DNA from: Bigelowiella natans CCMP2755
Lineage: Eukaryota; Protista; Cercozoa
DNA length: 64,000 nucleotides
Direction of reading: 5' to 3'
Assembly: GCA_000320545.1 (NCBI GenBank)
Contig: ADNK01001434.1
Location: 1-64,000 of the forward strand
Every line of letters begins with the position of its first letter. The stretch's first letter is position 1. Below, in pieces: positions 24,441-38,585 of the stretch. The position numbers and the translations under genes are program-made. Under the pieces are notes generated by a model. That model made no database searches, was not told the origin of the DNA, and was given only the letters and a program-made list of their open reading frames with translations.

Positions 24441-25290
24441 GGCGATCTAAAGGGAAATCGGAATTTCCGAAGTTCCTGTTCTTCCTCAGCGTGCATGCAA
24501 ATACTTATTCCTATTTTGCCTTTATTTTTCTCCTGCGACATCAAAAATCACTCAAATTTAGGGACAAACCATCTTCAAAAATCGGAGCGGATGCAGGTCC
24601 ATGGAAACCCTTTCCCGCTGCCGCGCCCGCCCCTACACCGATGGCCCTGGAGCAGGCCAAGACGGATGAGAAGGCTCAAGATCAATGAATTGATTATCGT
24701 CCTCCCTGCTCTCATCTCCGCGGTATAGTGTTTCGCCATGTAATGTCATCGCGAGAGTCATATGCAGCATAAACTACAAGTTGCCTGACGCCAAATCGTC
24801 TTAATGCGAGCGCCTCCCATTCTTTCCCCCTCCCAATCAGGTTTTGTATTCAATATCGTCGATTTCTGCAACTGGAAGCGCAGAGCCCTCGCGAACGTGG
24901 CTTCGCAGCGGAGTCTTCGGCGATCATGACACAAGAATGGCCGACGTTGTATCCTCCGCGTCACCATCCCACGTAAATAATAAGGATATTCCTGCCGTGA
25001 GCAACCTCCCAATCCTTTCGAGCAGACCTAGTTTGGGCACTTCGGGTGGAGGTAAACTTAGTAGCGGAGCTGTTTCAATCCTGCCCCCTTACATTCGAAT
25101 GCATTCATTTCCAAAATTTTTGCGACATCCAATTTGCCTCGCCGTCCGTCATGCCTTCAACAGTTCCAAGCTATGCAGTTGAATGGAAGGGGGAGGCTGT
25201 ACGTTTTAGTCATCTTCAATTTTGAAAATATCTTCTAGGTTCCGTAGGTTCACCCGTCGTATTCGGGTTGGGAACTCCAGAAAGTAGTTG
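24250..25290 (-). pseudogene. Possible decayed gene fragments
   Basis: Protein-like stretches interrupted by stops (RIETAPLLSLPPPEVPKLGLLERIGRLL..; RKNRNFGNSDFPLDRLQGFRSHALRSF..). No domain recognised. Confidence 0.2.
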
Positions 25291-25435
25291 GGAGGGGGAG
25301 GGGAGATTGAGAAGAAAGAGTATGGGGGAGGGTTGAGTGGGCAAGTGAGGTTCAGGTTTTCTTTGAAGTACTATGTAAAATATTTGCTTAATATGTTACA
25401 AATATCCAAAAGAAAATATCCACGATATATAAATT

Positions 25436-25473
<38 letters not shown>

Positions 25474-25586
25474 CATATAATAATATTTTAATATGTATAC
25501 ATGTTTACAAGCTTACCTCCATTCCCTGCCGCTCAATGAAGGAGATATCACATTCTCATACACATGTTTTCTTGTCATTAATCTAG

Positions 25587-25741
25587 CATGGTATGTCATA
25601 AAACGGGACGGAAGCCGCGAACCAGTAGCGTTCGACAAGATCACACGAAGGTGCATATAAAATAGGGATCATTTTAAATTCCCTACCTTTGTCACGCAGC
25701 AACGGATTCGTGCTTTTGATAGTTGGTATACCACACGTGCG

Positions 25742-25786
<45 letters not shown>

Positions 25787-26368
25787 GTCTGTGTGTGTGT
25801 GCGTGTTTGTAATCGTGTCTATTCATATGCTCCTCTCCTCACACACACAGTCTATTTGTTTCTCAGAATTCGCAATTTGTGTGAAGGCAAGTGCGGAGTG
25901 CACTCGCCCCTATGTGCACCTGTCCTGGGGTAGGAAAGCTAAATGTTTGAAGGAATGGTGAATGATAATGAGACGATGCCTTCCTTCCCCCCCCCTTCCA
26001 AATCCAGGTATCCTGACTACGTGGACCCCATCGTGGTAGCGCATAAGGTCACGCAGGGAGTTCATCCAGGAGTAAAGACGGTTTGTCGATAGCAACACAA
26101 TAGAAGACGAGTGTAGCATGATGATGTCTTTGTGAGAGGTAGTATGGTGCTGCGAGGAGGGGGGGGGGGAGAGTGATACCGTTGCTGATCGTGATAGCCT
26201 TGTCGGCCTCGCCGGAACGGTGTCGTGTCGTGTTCTTCACCATGGAGAGGGTCAAGCGAATAATAACGATGAGATGAGTTTGTCCTAGTACAGGATGATG
26301 GTGATTCTAATGATAAAACACCGATTTATACAGTCGGAGCTCGACTCTCTGGCAGCCCAGACAGCTGC

Positions 26369-26410
<42 letters not shown>

Positions 26411-27920
26411 ATGCAGGAGAACAACCTTACCCCATCCTCCTCCTCCTCCTCCTCCTCCTCCTCCTCCTCTCTCATTTTTTTCCTTGTACTATATTGCTGT
26501 ACGCCTCCTACAGTCTGTGCTGTATTATGTGGATGGATGCTACCTACTGCCTCACACACACACACACATTCACATTCACATTCACATTCACCTGCTCACG
26601 TTTTTAAGGAGCGTGGATCATCCTGGCTACTCACGCCTGGCGGCTCGAATAGCCATCTCGAATTTGCAGAAGCAGACACCGGCCACGTTCTCGGAGACGG
26701 TAATAATAATAGTGCCCGTTAAGGAGGAGGAGGAGGAGAGGAGGAGAGGAGGAGGAGGAGGAGGCTACACACATACCTTCGGCATCATCCTAATTTTCGA
26801 TTATTTCAGTCTCTGCACACAGCAGTCTCTTGACACATCATACGCAAGAAAACACGCCCACGTGGCGCAGACGCACATGCAAAAAGTGTGCTTATGTCCG
26901 TCCATCATCCGCACATATGCGCATCCCATCATCATCATCATCAACAACAACGACAACAACTTCGCTTTCATGACCACTCATTCTTGACTATTATTTGCGT
27001 ACAGGTTCGGCGTCTCTGGGAAGATGCGCCTCGCCTCGCAGATGGGACAAGGAAAGCATATCTAAGCAAGGAGTTCTACGAAGTCGGCCAATACGAGCAA
27101 CCTTGTTACATACGCACACATACATATATTCATGTGTGGGTGTGCGAGAATATATATAATATATATAATGTGCCGTGTGTGTCTCACGGTTTCTTGACAA
27201 TCAGCTGGTGATGGCCAACGCGGAGAAGATCAACTCTCGTATTCGGCACGAGAGGGACTTCGACTTCGACTACTTCGGCTTCAAGACTATGGAGCGAGCC
27301 TACCTGCTAAAACTCAAGGGCGAGGTCAAAACACGCGCGCGCGTACACACACACACACAAAATCATGACATTATATTATACGTTCTTCATCATCTTTATC
27401 ATCAAAATCACGCCTCCCCCCCCCCCCCCCCCGGCAGATTGTGGAGCGACCGCAGTATATGTTCATGCGCGTGGCCGTTGGAATCCATGGGTACTATTTC
27501 GTGAATCATCCATTTCCTTCTTAACATATATCGCCTCGCACTCCCCTCCCTTTCTCCCTCTCCTCCTCCTCCTTCCTCCTTCTGATGATGATTATGATGA
27601 TGATGATGATGATGATTGATGATGCTATTTATGATACAGCTCCGATCTGGATGCCGCATTCGAGACCTATGACCTGATGTCCTCAAAGGTGAATGATTGA
27701 TTGATTTATTGATTTCTTCACTTGGCTCTCCTCCTTATCCTCCTCCTCCTCCTCATCATCATAATATAATGTTGCTAACAAAACGTATCTTCTTCTTCTT
27801 CGACAACGATGACGACGACAACGTCTTTCCCCAGGCCTTCATTCATGCCTCGCCGACCCTCTTCCACGCAGGTACATTCCCTCATCTCTTTGCCTCTCGC
27901 TCTCTTCATATTATTTTGTA

Positions 27921-27958
<38 letters not shown>

Positions 27959-27969
27959 GTGTACTCTTG

Positions 27970-28009
<40 letters not shown>

Positions 28010-28597
28010 GCACGATGGCATGATGTGCTGCCCTTTGTAGTAAGTAGTAGCAGCAGCGTTAGCTGATGATACTTACTTGTAGGCACCCGCACCCCACAGC
28101 TCAGCTCATGCTTCCTACTGCCGGTTAAGGTACTAGAGGAGGGGGTGGAGAGGGGGTGTGAGAGGGAGGTGGCCTGGATCAATGTTAGCGCAATGGGGAG
28201 GCAATAGTGACCGCTAACTTACAGCCACCCTCTACTATTTTTTATCTTAGGACGACTCAATACAAGGGATTTACGATACGCTTAAGGTAATAGTAGGCAC
28301 AGCATCACCGAAGAAGAAGAAGAAGAAGTAGAAGAAGAAGCAAGGAATGGTGCGGTATGTACCAGCAGCAGAAGAAACATGTACCGCTGATCATCATCAT
28401 CAGCAGCAGCATAGTCATGGTCGCTTCTTTCATCCTTTGTTCTTGTGATGTCTGTTGCATTGCCTACTATTGATTCCTCGTGTGCGTAACGTTCTCGTCG
28501 TCTTACTGCCTGCATTCATACAATACCACGACAAATAACAGAGCTGCGCGATGATCTCCAAATCGGCTGGGGGTAAACGTACACTACTTACAGCGTA

Positions 28598-28676
<79 letters not shown>

Positions 28677-29160
28677 CGTGCGTGCGTGCGTGTTTTGACT
28701 TGATACTCTTACGCTTCTGGTTGCGTCTCTTCTCTTCTTCATCATCGAATAGGCATCGGCTTGTCTGTGCAAAACATCCGCTCTAAAGGGAGCTACATTC
28801 GAGGTTGGGCCAGCGCCAGCAGCAGTGATGACGATACATGATGACGACGATACAAGATCAATCATCATCGTGTTTGTAATGGCGGTGGTAGTATCACCAT
28901 TCGCATCATCCTAACAATTGTTTATTTCTTCTTCATACTCCTCCTCCTCCTCCTCCTCTTCCAAATGACATAATCATCATTGCTGGACGGCAACGACGAC
29001 TAACCTGCGGTGCGGGCAGGGACCAATGGCATCTCAAACGGGTTGTTGGAATTGAATTTACCACTACTACTACTACTACTACCACTACTACCACTGCTAC
29101 AACCACCTTTAACGATCTTATCTGAGAGGAAACAGCTACGCCATCGCAAATGCCATACGC

Positions 29161-29201
<41 letters not shown>

Positions 29202-29963
29202 TGCGCACATGCACATCTACTTCTCTTCTGATACCCCACTTCCTTCTTTTCTTGCCTCATCATGCCTCACGGTCTCCCCCCCCCCCCCCCCCCTCTCCTT
29301 TTCTCAGCCTCGTGCCGATGCTACGTGTCTATGATGCCACAGCACGCTACGTGGACCAGGTAGATTATGCGGTTTATGGATGAAGAACGCCGTGGGCATG
29401 CCAGTAGTAGCAGTAGTAGCAGCAGCAGTATAAGCCTATCATCTTTACTACAACTTGTTGATCCGAATGAACTCCTTGCCTCCATCCCCCCCCCTGAATT
29501 ATGACGACGACGATGACGATGAATAGGGCGGTGGAAAGAGGCCAGGCGCTATCGCGATTTACTTCGAGCCATGGCATGCAGATGTGGGCAAGAGGAGGGA
29601 AGGAGGAGAAGGGGGGAGGGGAAGGAAAGAGTTGATACACGACATCATCGCACACTGTGAAGAGAATTGAATGTGTACGTGTGTGTGTGTGTGTGTGTTT
29701 GTGTGTGTGCATTGGGCAATAGCGCATATATTGGTGTTTGTTGCTCGAGCAAGAAGTAATGGTATTCGCATGCTTGATCTTATATCGATTGAGGTGGATG
29801 GGAGGGGGGGGGGGGATTGTGGCACCATGTTGGTCTCTTCGTAGTAATAAAGATACGTTTGTTTTGTATCATGAAAGGTGTTCGAATTATTGGATTTAAG
29901 GAAGAACCACGGCAAGGTGCAAAATTTCCGCTCTCCCCCTCTCTTTACATCTCCCTGTGCCGT

Positions 29964-29999
<36 letters not shown>

Positions 30000-30395
30000 A
30001 CAATGCATGTTATGATGGGTTGTGTTAAAACATTGCATAGGAGGAAATGCGTGCTCGAGATCTCTTTTACGGTCTATGGGTAGGCCAATTCACCCCCCTC
30101 CCCCGCCCTATAATTAATAGATATTGGCAGTGTAGCTATGTCTGCTCTCCATCCATCAGCTTGACTTCGCACATTCCTCGTTATGACTATGATCATATTC
30201 TATAGCCATGTTTTCTTCTTCTTCATCTTCTTCTTCTCACAACCACCACTGCACACTACTGCCGTCTCTACCCCCATTCCTCCTACTACAAGATCCCCGA
30301 TCTATTCATGAAGCGTGTGGAGACCAACGGAAACTGGTAGATCGTACTCCTATTACTATTTGTATTAGTGTTCGTTAAATTATTACTATTATTGT

Positions 30396-30428
<33 letters not shown>

Positions 30429-30943
30429 GGGGTGGGTGGGTGGGTGGGATTGACAATCCAACAGCAAAGCCTAATTTGTCCATCGTAAACAACTCTCTCT
30501 CCTCCTCCTACTCCTCTCACATGTTGTTTTACAATGTTGTTGTTGTTGTTGTTATTGTCGTTGTTGGTCGGCGTTGTCCTTCCTCGTGCTGTAGGTCGTT
30601 GATGTGCCCAGACGAGTGTCCAGGCCTACCTGATTCTTACGGAGAGGAGTTTGAGGTAGTACCTGGACGCAGTACTACTAGTAGTAGTAGTAGTAGTAGT
30701 AGCAGTAGTAGCAGTAGTAGCAGTAGCAGTTGTTGTCGTACTGGAGGCGTAGGAGTTTCACTTTCTTCTCATTATGAATTTTGAGCTTCTTCCATCCTCC
30801 TTTATCCAAATCACGCCTCCCTCTACCCCCCTCCCCCCCCCCCCGCCGCCCTGAGCAGAGGCTGTACACGAAGTACGAGAGGGAAGGGAAGGTCAAAAGA
30901 ACCATCAGGGCGCAGGTATACGAAGCTCAAAAGAGAACACACA

Positions 30944-30997
<54 letters not shown>

Positions 30998-31114
30998 ATC
31001 GGCGATCCCAATCCGGCTGCTGTTTTGTTTTGATCCGGTGTGCTGCCGGCACAATTCTGCATCATCATCATCATCATCATCATCGTCGTCGTCGTCATCT
31101 CCACCAGCATCCAA

Positions 31115-31160
<46 letters not shown>

Positions 31161-31645
31161 TTTTTATTATTTAAATTCTGATATCTACTAGGAGCTGTGG
31201 TCTGCAATTCTCGACGCACAGACGGAGACGGGCACACCGTACATGCTGTTCAAGGTACTAGTACCAAGCAGCTGTATTAGTAGTAGTAGCAGATAGCGTT
31301 GTAAGTAGTGGCGGTGTCCTGAATCAACCGATCTGCGTTGTCGTCATTATCTTCGTCGTCGTCATCGTTGTTGTTGTTGTTGTTGTTATTGTTGTTGTTA
31401 TTGTTGTGCTGCCTAGGATGCCGCGAACCGTAAGTCCAACCAGAAGAATCTGGGCACCATTCGGTCTTCATTTACTACTGCTGCTGCTGCTGCTGCTACT
31501 GCTACTACTACAACTATATCGCTTTTCTTTGTTCTTTCTTTCTTTCTTCCTTCCTTCCTTCCTCACATTGGTCGGTGTCGATATCCTCTTCGTAGTGCGA
31601 TGTTCTGCATGCTAAGCACCGAAATATAGATTTTATACAAGGGCA

Positions 31646-31705
<60 letters not shown>

Positions 31706-31870
31706 GAGAGGTGCAAGCTTAGTTGTACACGGTCACTTACTGTTGCTTCGGGCGTGTATGCATATATGTGTAATTATGCATGTAGGTGCTCCAATCTTTG
31801 CACCGAGATCATCGAATACACGAATGCTAACGAGACTGCGGTTACTCCGAATAAATTATATTATGAATAT

Positions 31871-31911
<41 letters not shown>

Positions 31912-31963
31912 TGTGTCTGTGTGTGTATGTGTGCGCCCGTGCGCGTGTATCATCTAGAGGAGG

Positions 31964-31998
<35 letters not shown>

Positions 31999-32342
31999 GC
32001 CACTATGTGAAGAATCTTGCTACCCCAACCAAGAAAGCTGAGCTATCGAAAAATACAACAACTTTTAGTAGAGACGGCACATTGAACATGTTGTCTACTG
32101 CATCATACTTGTAGTACAGTAAATGACGACAGCTCACTCATTTTATTAGGTATGTAATCTGGCCAGCATATGTTTGCCATACTTCGTAGTGGGGTCAAAT
32201 CGGAGTATCACTAGCAGCAGCAGCACTCTACAGAAGGCTGAGGGGGGGGGGGAGGAGGGGAAGGCGGAAGCTAGAAGGCCTAAGTTCGACTTCATCAAGC
32301 TGTTTGAGGTTGCAAAAGTGGTAACGAAGAACCTCAACAAGG

Positions 32343-32374
<32 letters not shown>

Positions 32375-32407
32375 GTGATGGTGATGGTGATTAGAGGATG
32401 ATCTAAG

Positions 32408-32440
<33 letters not shown>

Positions 32441-32486
32441 GTGATGGTGATGGTGATGGTGATGGTGATTATGAGGATGATCTAAG

Positions 32487-32522
<36 letters not shown>

Positions 32523-32556
32523 GTGATGGTGATGGTGATTATGAGGATGATCTAAG

Positions 32557-32592
<36 letters not shown>

Positions 32593-32626
32593 GTGATGGT
32601 GATGGTGATTATGAGGATGATCTAAG

Positions 32627-32663
<37 letters not shown>

Positions 32664-33613
32664 CAGCACTGCCACTGTCGTCGCAGTTGCTCCTCTCCCG
32701 TAGTAGCCGTTTACATGTACACACACAGAAGTTTCAAACTCATAATCGCAACGAATTCTCACGCAATGCATGTAATCGATGTGTTGCCAAAATAACAAGG
32801 TTATCGATTTGAACAAATATCCTGTCCCGGAAGCAAGAACATCAAACATGCGACATCGGGCCAATGGGGATCGGCGTTCAGGTATTAGTAGTGTAGTCGT
32901 AAGTAGTAGAAGAAAAAGTAGTTGTAGTAGTAGTAGTAGTTGGAGAATATAAATGCAGGTTTGCTTGGCATATCATTGATGGGGGTCTTTCTTTCTTTCT
33001 TTCTTTCTCTCTTTCTTTGCTGCCTCGGTGAGAGGTCGCAAATAGTACTCGGTGTACTCGATTGTTAGAGTAGGAGTGTCTCCATTTGTTTGTTTTTGAG
33101 TGGGGAGGGGGAGGCGTTCCTCGCTCATCACTCATCGCCACCATTGCCATGACTTCCTTCTCTTTCTTTCCGTCCTTCTATTCGTTCGTACTGATGACCA
33201 TTGCTCGGCGTCGGTCGTTTGACACACACGATTCATTAAAGCAGCACAAGAACAACAACAAATACGTGAGTTTATGACACATTTGCTGATGATGATACAC
33301 AGGGGCTGGCAGATATGTTCATCCTCATGGGCTTGCCTTTCGATAGCCCAGAAGCAAGGTGCTGCCTGAGCCGCTTTGCTCCTCTTCCTCCTCCCTCCTC
33401 CTCCTCCTCCTCCTCCTCCTCCTCTGCTGCTGCTGCTGCTGTTTTGAGTGAGTATCCTCCGAGCAGGGGCGCTTGTGTTTGGCTGCTGCTACCATGTGTT
33501 TATCATCATCATTATCATCATCATCATCATCCGCTTTGCTGTTGTCTCTCCCTCCCCCTTTCCCGCCCCTCGACGACAGAGAACTAAATCGAGATGTCTT
33601 TGAGACGATCTAC

Positions 33614-33647
<34 letters not shown>

Positions 33648-33989
33648 ATGTGTGTGTGTGTGGTGGTGTTTCAGGTCCCCAATGTCGCAAGGCATATTTC
33701 AGCATGATATGTGGGATGAGAAGCCTTCTCCGGTCGTGTTATCATTGCTATCATTGCTGTTATTCCTGTTTCATTTGCCATATATGTACGATTATGATCT
33801 CCTGGGCTCTCCTTCACCCCCCTCACTGTTCCTATTCTTCCCCTCCCCCTCCTCCCTGCTGATGATAATACGCAGCGGCTGAGTTGGGACTGGGAAGGCC
33901 TGAGGGAGAAGGTGTGAGGCTGTCGTGTGTATGTGTATGTGTATTTGTACCAATAAGGATCATAATTTTGCTTCATTTCTCTTTTCTCT

Positions 33990-34028
<39 letters not shown>

Positions 34029-35318
34029 GCTTCCTTCCTCCTTCATCGTTTACATGACCCAGAAACATCAATTTGATGTTGGCAATGTCGTCGAGACAGA
34101 CAGCAGCTATGCCAACGACGACGACGACGACATTGTATGACCCTCCTCTGACCCCTCCCCCCCTCCCCCCCCCCTTCCTTTCCAGGTAAAGGAAAAGGGA
34201 ATCCGCAACTCCTTGTTCCTCGCACCGATGCCTACTGCCTCGACGGCGCAGATCATGGGGTGAGTAGATTCAATATCTTGCATGGGAACCGACGACGTGT
34301 GTGGATCATGGGGAGGATTTAGCAAGAGTAAAGGAAGATACATATATACATCATACACGACGCCGTTGAAATATCATGCGGGTGGCCATATCGTGAGATG
34401 ATTTCTCACAACCCATCGGTTTTGTTCTAAGGTCTGGGCTGTAATAGAGCGTGCAGTAGCTAATCTTTTTTATCACGCTGCCACTGCTGCTGCTGCTGCT
34501 GCTGCTCGACGCATTCCTCCCTCACTTCTATATTCCTCCCTCCTCACAATAACAAATACCGATGATAAACACGTGGTGGTTGTGGTGGTGGTGCAATGGT
34601 CGTCTCAGGTACAACGAATGCTTCGAGCCGTACACGTCAAATCTGTATGTGAGGAGGGTGAAGGTACATCCAACAACGATGAGCGAGAAACACTGTACTA
34701 GTATCATACGCATCGTGAAGGCGAATAACACACTATCATCTTCCCCCCCCCCCTCTCTGACTGACTGATCAGGCTGGAGAGTTTATCATCATCAACCCCT
34801 ACCTGATGAGGGATTTGGTCGAGCTGGGCGTTTGGACCCCTACTGTCCGCAACCAGCTCATGGCGGAGGGGGGCAGCGTGCAAGGGATACCCGACGTACC
34901 AGACGATATCAAGGTAGTGCAGTAGTAGTAAGTAGTAGTAGTAGGAGGAGGAGGAGGAGTAGTAGTAGCGTTTGCTTGAGGTGGTGGTGGCGGCGGTGGT
35001 TACCGTGCGTGGCGAGGAATAGGTTACATTGCATGCGCGCCCTGCCTGCCCTCTCCCTTATTCACTGCCATCCGATGCAAGTTATAGTCGCCATCGATCA
35101 TCATCATCATCGTCGTTGTCGTCGTTGTCATCATGATCATAACCAATTATCCAACAACTTCTGCCTCCTCAGCGGCTATACAAGACAGTCTGGGAGCTGA
35201 AGCAGAAGCTGTTGGTGGACATGGCTGCTGAGGTGTGTGTGTGTGTGCGCGCGCGCGCGCTGCCGTCGCGTAAGCTCCGTGCACATTCCTGCATGCACGC
35301 AAAATGATGGTTAACCAT

Positions 35319-35363
<45 letters not shown>

Positions 35364-36106
35364 GGCAAAGTGGAGAGGAGCGCCCGTCGTAGATGACCCG
35401 CCTCATCTTCCTTGGCCATCTGTCCTTTTTTCCCTTCTTTGTTTGGTTCACTGTCACTTCGGCCTTTTTCCATTTCCTCGTCGTCATCCCAGAATGATGT
35501 TCCGCATCATCGGTCTTTTGAATGAAATGCCGCCTAAGTTTTCAACAACATTCGTCTGCACCTTCACGCCTGCTTTTATCTTGTACCTACCAGCGAGGCG
35601 CCTTCATCGACCAAAGCCAGTCCCTGAACGCGTTCATAGCGTCACCGACGCACGCAAAGCTTACAAGCATGCACTTCTATGCCTGGAGAAAAGGGTGATG
35701 ACCAACAACAGTATATGTGTTTAATGTGCCTCTATAAGCTGTGTTTGTGTGTGTGTGTGTGTGTGCGTGTGTGTGTGTGCGTGAGAAAGAGAGAGAGAGA
35801 GAGAAAAGAGAGATGATGGTGGTGGAGGAAATCAACCCAAAGACTTCAATCCCGAGGGATGGAATGAAGATACGTATACTGAATATATAGCCTGTTCTCG
35901 TGCAGTTTTCTCGTTTGAGTCTAATCGCTGCTGTGTTGTCATTGTTGCTATCATTGCTACTACCCCACCATTTCAGGCTGAAGACTGGAATGTACTACCT
36001 ACGAACGAAGCCGTCAGCGCAGCCGATTCAATTCACCGTAGAAAAGCAGCTGCAGAAGGCACAAGTCCAGTGTACTGACGAGGTGTGCGTTTCGTGCCAA
36101 GGCTAA
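25587..36106 (+). CDS. RRM1: Class Ia ribonucleoside-diphosphate reductase large subunit, ~38 exons (first exon possibly at ~25322)
   Basis: ATP cone YVIKRDG..AFDKIT, then [76 protein letters not shown] and the C-terminal CVSC. Confidence 0.97.
32341..32662. repeat. Compound minisatellite, ~70-79 bp period, four CTAAGAG anchors with (GAT)n(GATGGT)n, in an RRM1 intron
   Basis: Anchors at ~32403, 32482, 32552 and 32622. Confidence 0.9.
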
Positions 36107-37295
36107 CTAGGAGTGAGAGGAGGAGGAGGACGAGGAAGGAAAAGAGGTGGCCACGCACCTCAGGAGGAGAGATCCACTCGCTTGAACGCAATCGTTATCG
36201 GCGCAGCGCAGCATATTGTAGAGAATGACAGCTGCATATAACCGGGAAACAACCACATAGTAGCGTGCATGCATATCTAGTAACGTGCATGCATGTATAG
36301 ATATGCGACATACGATAGCCAGGGGACATTCTATACAGGTTATGATTTAGATAGAGCATCATAGCTGCTAGAGCTTACTTTTAAAGTGCAAGAGATGCCA
36401 TGTCTACCAATAATTAATAAAGGAGGAAATAAAGTACCAAATAGCACTCTTGATGCCAGAATACAACACAGGGATTACACTATGCATATAGTGACGTTTG
36501 TGAGCGTAATTTTGCGACTATGTATTCGTGTGTTACACTACACTAGTATAGATCTCGCTCTGCCTAGCTCCCCTCTAGCTAGCTAGCTAGCTCCCCTGCA
36601 TGATTAGATGATCATAACGACCACACAATTTTGCCCCGCTACCGCCATGTGCCGCCGGATCTAGATGTATCAATTATATGCGAACAAACGAGCGCCCACG
36701 CAAGTACAGAGCTAGAGAGCAGTAGCAATGAGCTGAAGCAAAATCACTGCATAATACTTCCGGGCATATCTAGCATGTGCTCGACATGCCTTCACGTGTG
36801 CAGCAAGCGAGCTATTTGCTGTTTGCAAACTGGCTGTCTTGCAACTAGCTAGCTTGCTGGCGTGTGCGTAGCACACTTGCATGCTAGCTTGAAGCAAAGG
36901 CGCTGCGTCTTAGACGCGACATGCTAGCATGGAGCAGGCAAAAATGCTAACGATTGATATGTTAATACTAATAATAAAGTCCTTTATATGTTTTCGTCGA
37001 GCTGAATTTTTTGACGACATACACGCGATAAAAACAAACGACGTGCCGTGCAGGAGGATCGAACATCAAACCAATCAATCGAGGCGATGAAGAATCATGC
37101 AAAAGTATCAGAATATGCAGGACATTAATCAATTATCCAATTATAAAGGAACTCGTGCGTGAAAAACAAGTTAGAAAAAGAGCAGCATCCTAACAAACAT
37201 GCACATCATACAGACATCGTGCCAACCCCTGCATTTTTGTCGTATCATGTCCTCGCGCGCTGGCATCTGCTGCTGCTGATTATTATTGTCGTTGA

Positions 37296-38535
37296 CTAGA
37301 ACAAGTGCTCATTCTTCATCCTGCGGATCTCCGACTTCAAGCGTAAGTTCTGTTTCATATCAAGGTGTAGACGCCATATCATTATTAAGACATATTCATG
37401 ATAATAGGGGCATTGATCTATCATCCAAAGCCTGTTGAATAAATGGAATCCATATCTGCGTGCTCTGTGTTGTTACGCCATGCACGCGGGCATGGGAGCG
37501 ACACCTACCTCTTCTTCGGCTCTCTGCAGCAGCACTGCTTGCTCCTTTACGCGTTTTTGCGCCTCTAACAGCCGCTCGGCTTGTTTCTCTAAGTTCTTTT
37601 TCAGTCGGGTGACTTCATCTTCATCATCATCGTTATCATCCTGCGTGTGGACGTAGAACAGGCACGCAGCAGCAGGCCAATGTCGTTACTTACTCGTGTG
37701 TTAAGTACATGCTTGAGGCTTACGACGAATGTTTGTTTTCGAACCTGCTGTCGCGAGTGGCTGTATTTCCCTTGGCCAGTCTTCATGCCAGGCGGTGCTG
37801 CTGTCGCAACCTGCAAGGTTAGCGTTTTGAGAATGGCGTCTCCTCCATGTGTTGGAGCGATCGAGCAGAGACGAGATGTAGTGTGAACTATCAGAACGAT
37901 ACCCGCTGGGGTGAGGTACAATGTGTTGTGTGCGGATTTAGGATGCTTTTTACTGTGGGGCGAGTGATGAGCATCAGCCGTGCGTGTAAGGCACTATGCA
38001 GCAAGTTGTGCGCACCTTCTTTGCTTCATCCCCTCCCCTCTGCCGTCGCGGAAATGTGTGGACTGTCGGCGTTCGGGTCGTGGCAGCCGATGGCGACGAC
38101 GGCGGTGGCGGCTTTTTCATGCGAGGGGAGGAGCGGGATCCATGCATGTGAAGCGCGGATTTACCTTCCTTCCTCGCCACCTTCTCGGTCATCATTCTAG
38201 AGGGTGCTGCTGCTACGCCGCCTCTTGCAGAGAAAGAAAAGCTACTAGCCTTGCTACTGTTGCTACCAGTGCTGCTTCTCTGAGAACGTGGGCTGGCAAC
38301 CGAGGAGGAGGAGATCCCATTACCAACGCTACCCCTGCCTTGCTGCGGCAGCAGATTTTTCTTCTTCTTCTTCTTCTTGTTAATCTTCGTCTTCATTGCT
38401 TTAACCCCCTTTGAGATGCGGCGGCTGCTGCTGTTGCCGCTGCTGCTGCTGGTGGTGTTTCGCGGGGAGCCAGCCAACTGCCTTCGCTTGCTTTCTTTCT
38501 TCCTATTCCGTTCCTAAAAGAGAGAGAAAAAGGAG

Positions 38536-38585
<50 letters not shown>

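Noticed and set aside
25689-35900. Dozens of ORFs with poly-CV/HT/YI/S/L/M runs
   Set aside because: They are translations of intronic microsatellites within RRM1.
25587-36106. Viral or intein-containing RNR
   Set aside because: It is a spliceosomal-intron-rich, typical eukaryotic RRM1 with no intein motifs and no viral neighbours.
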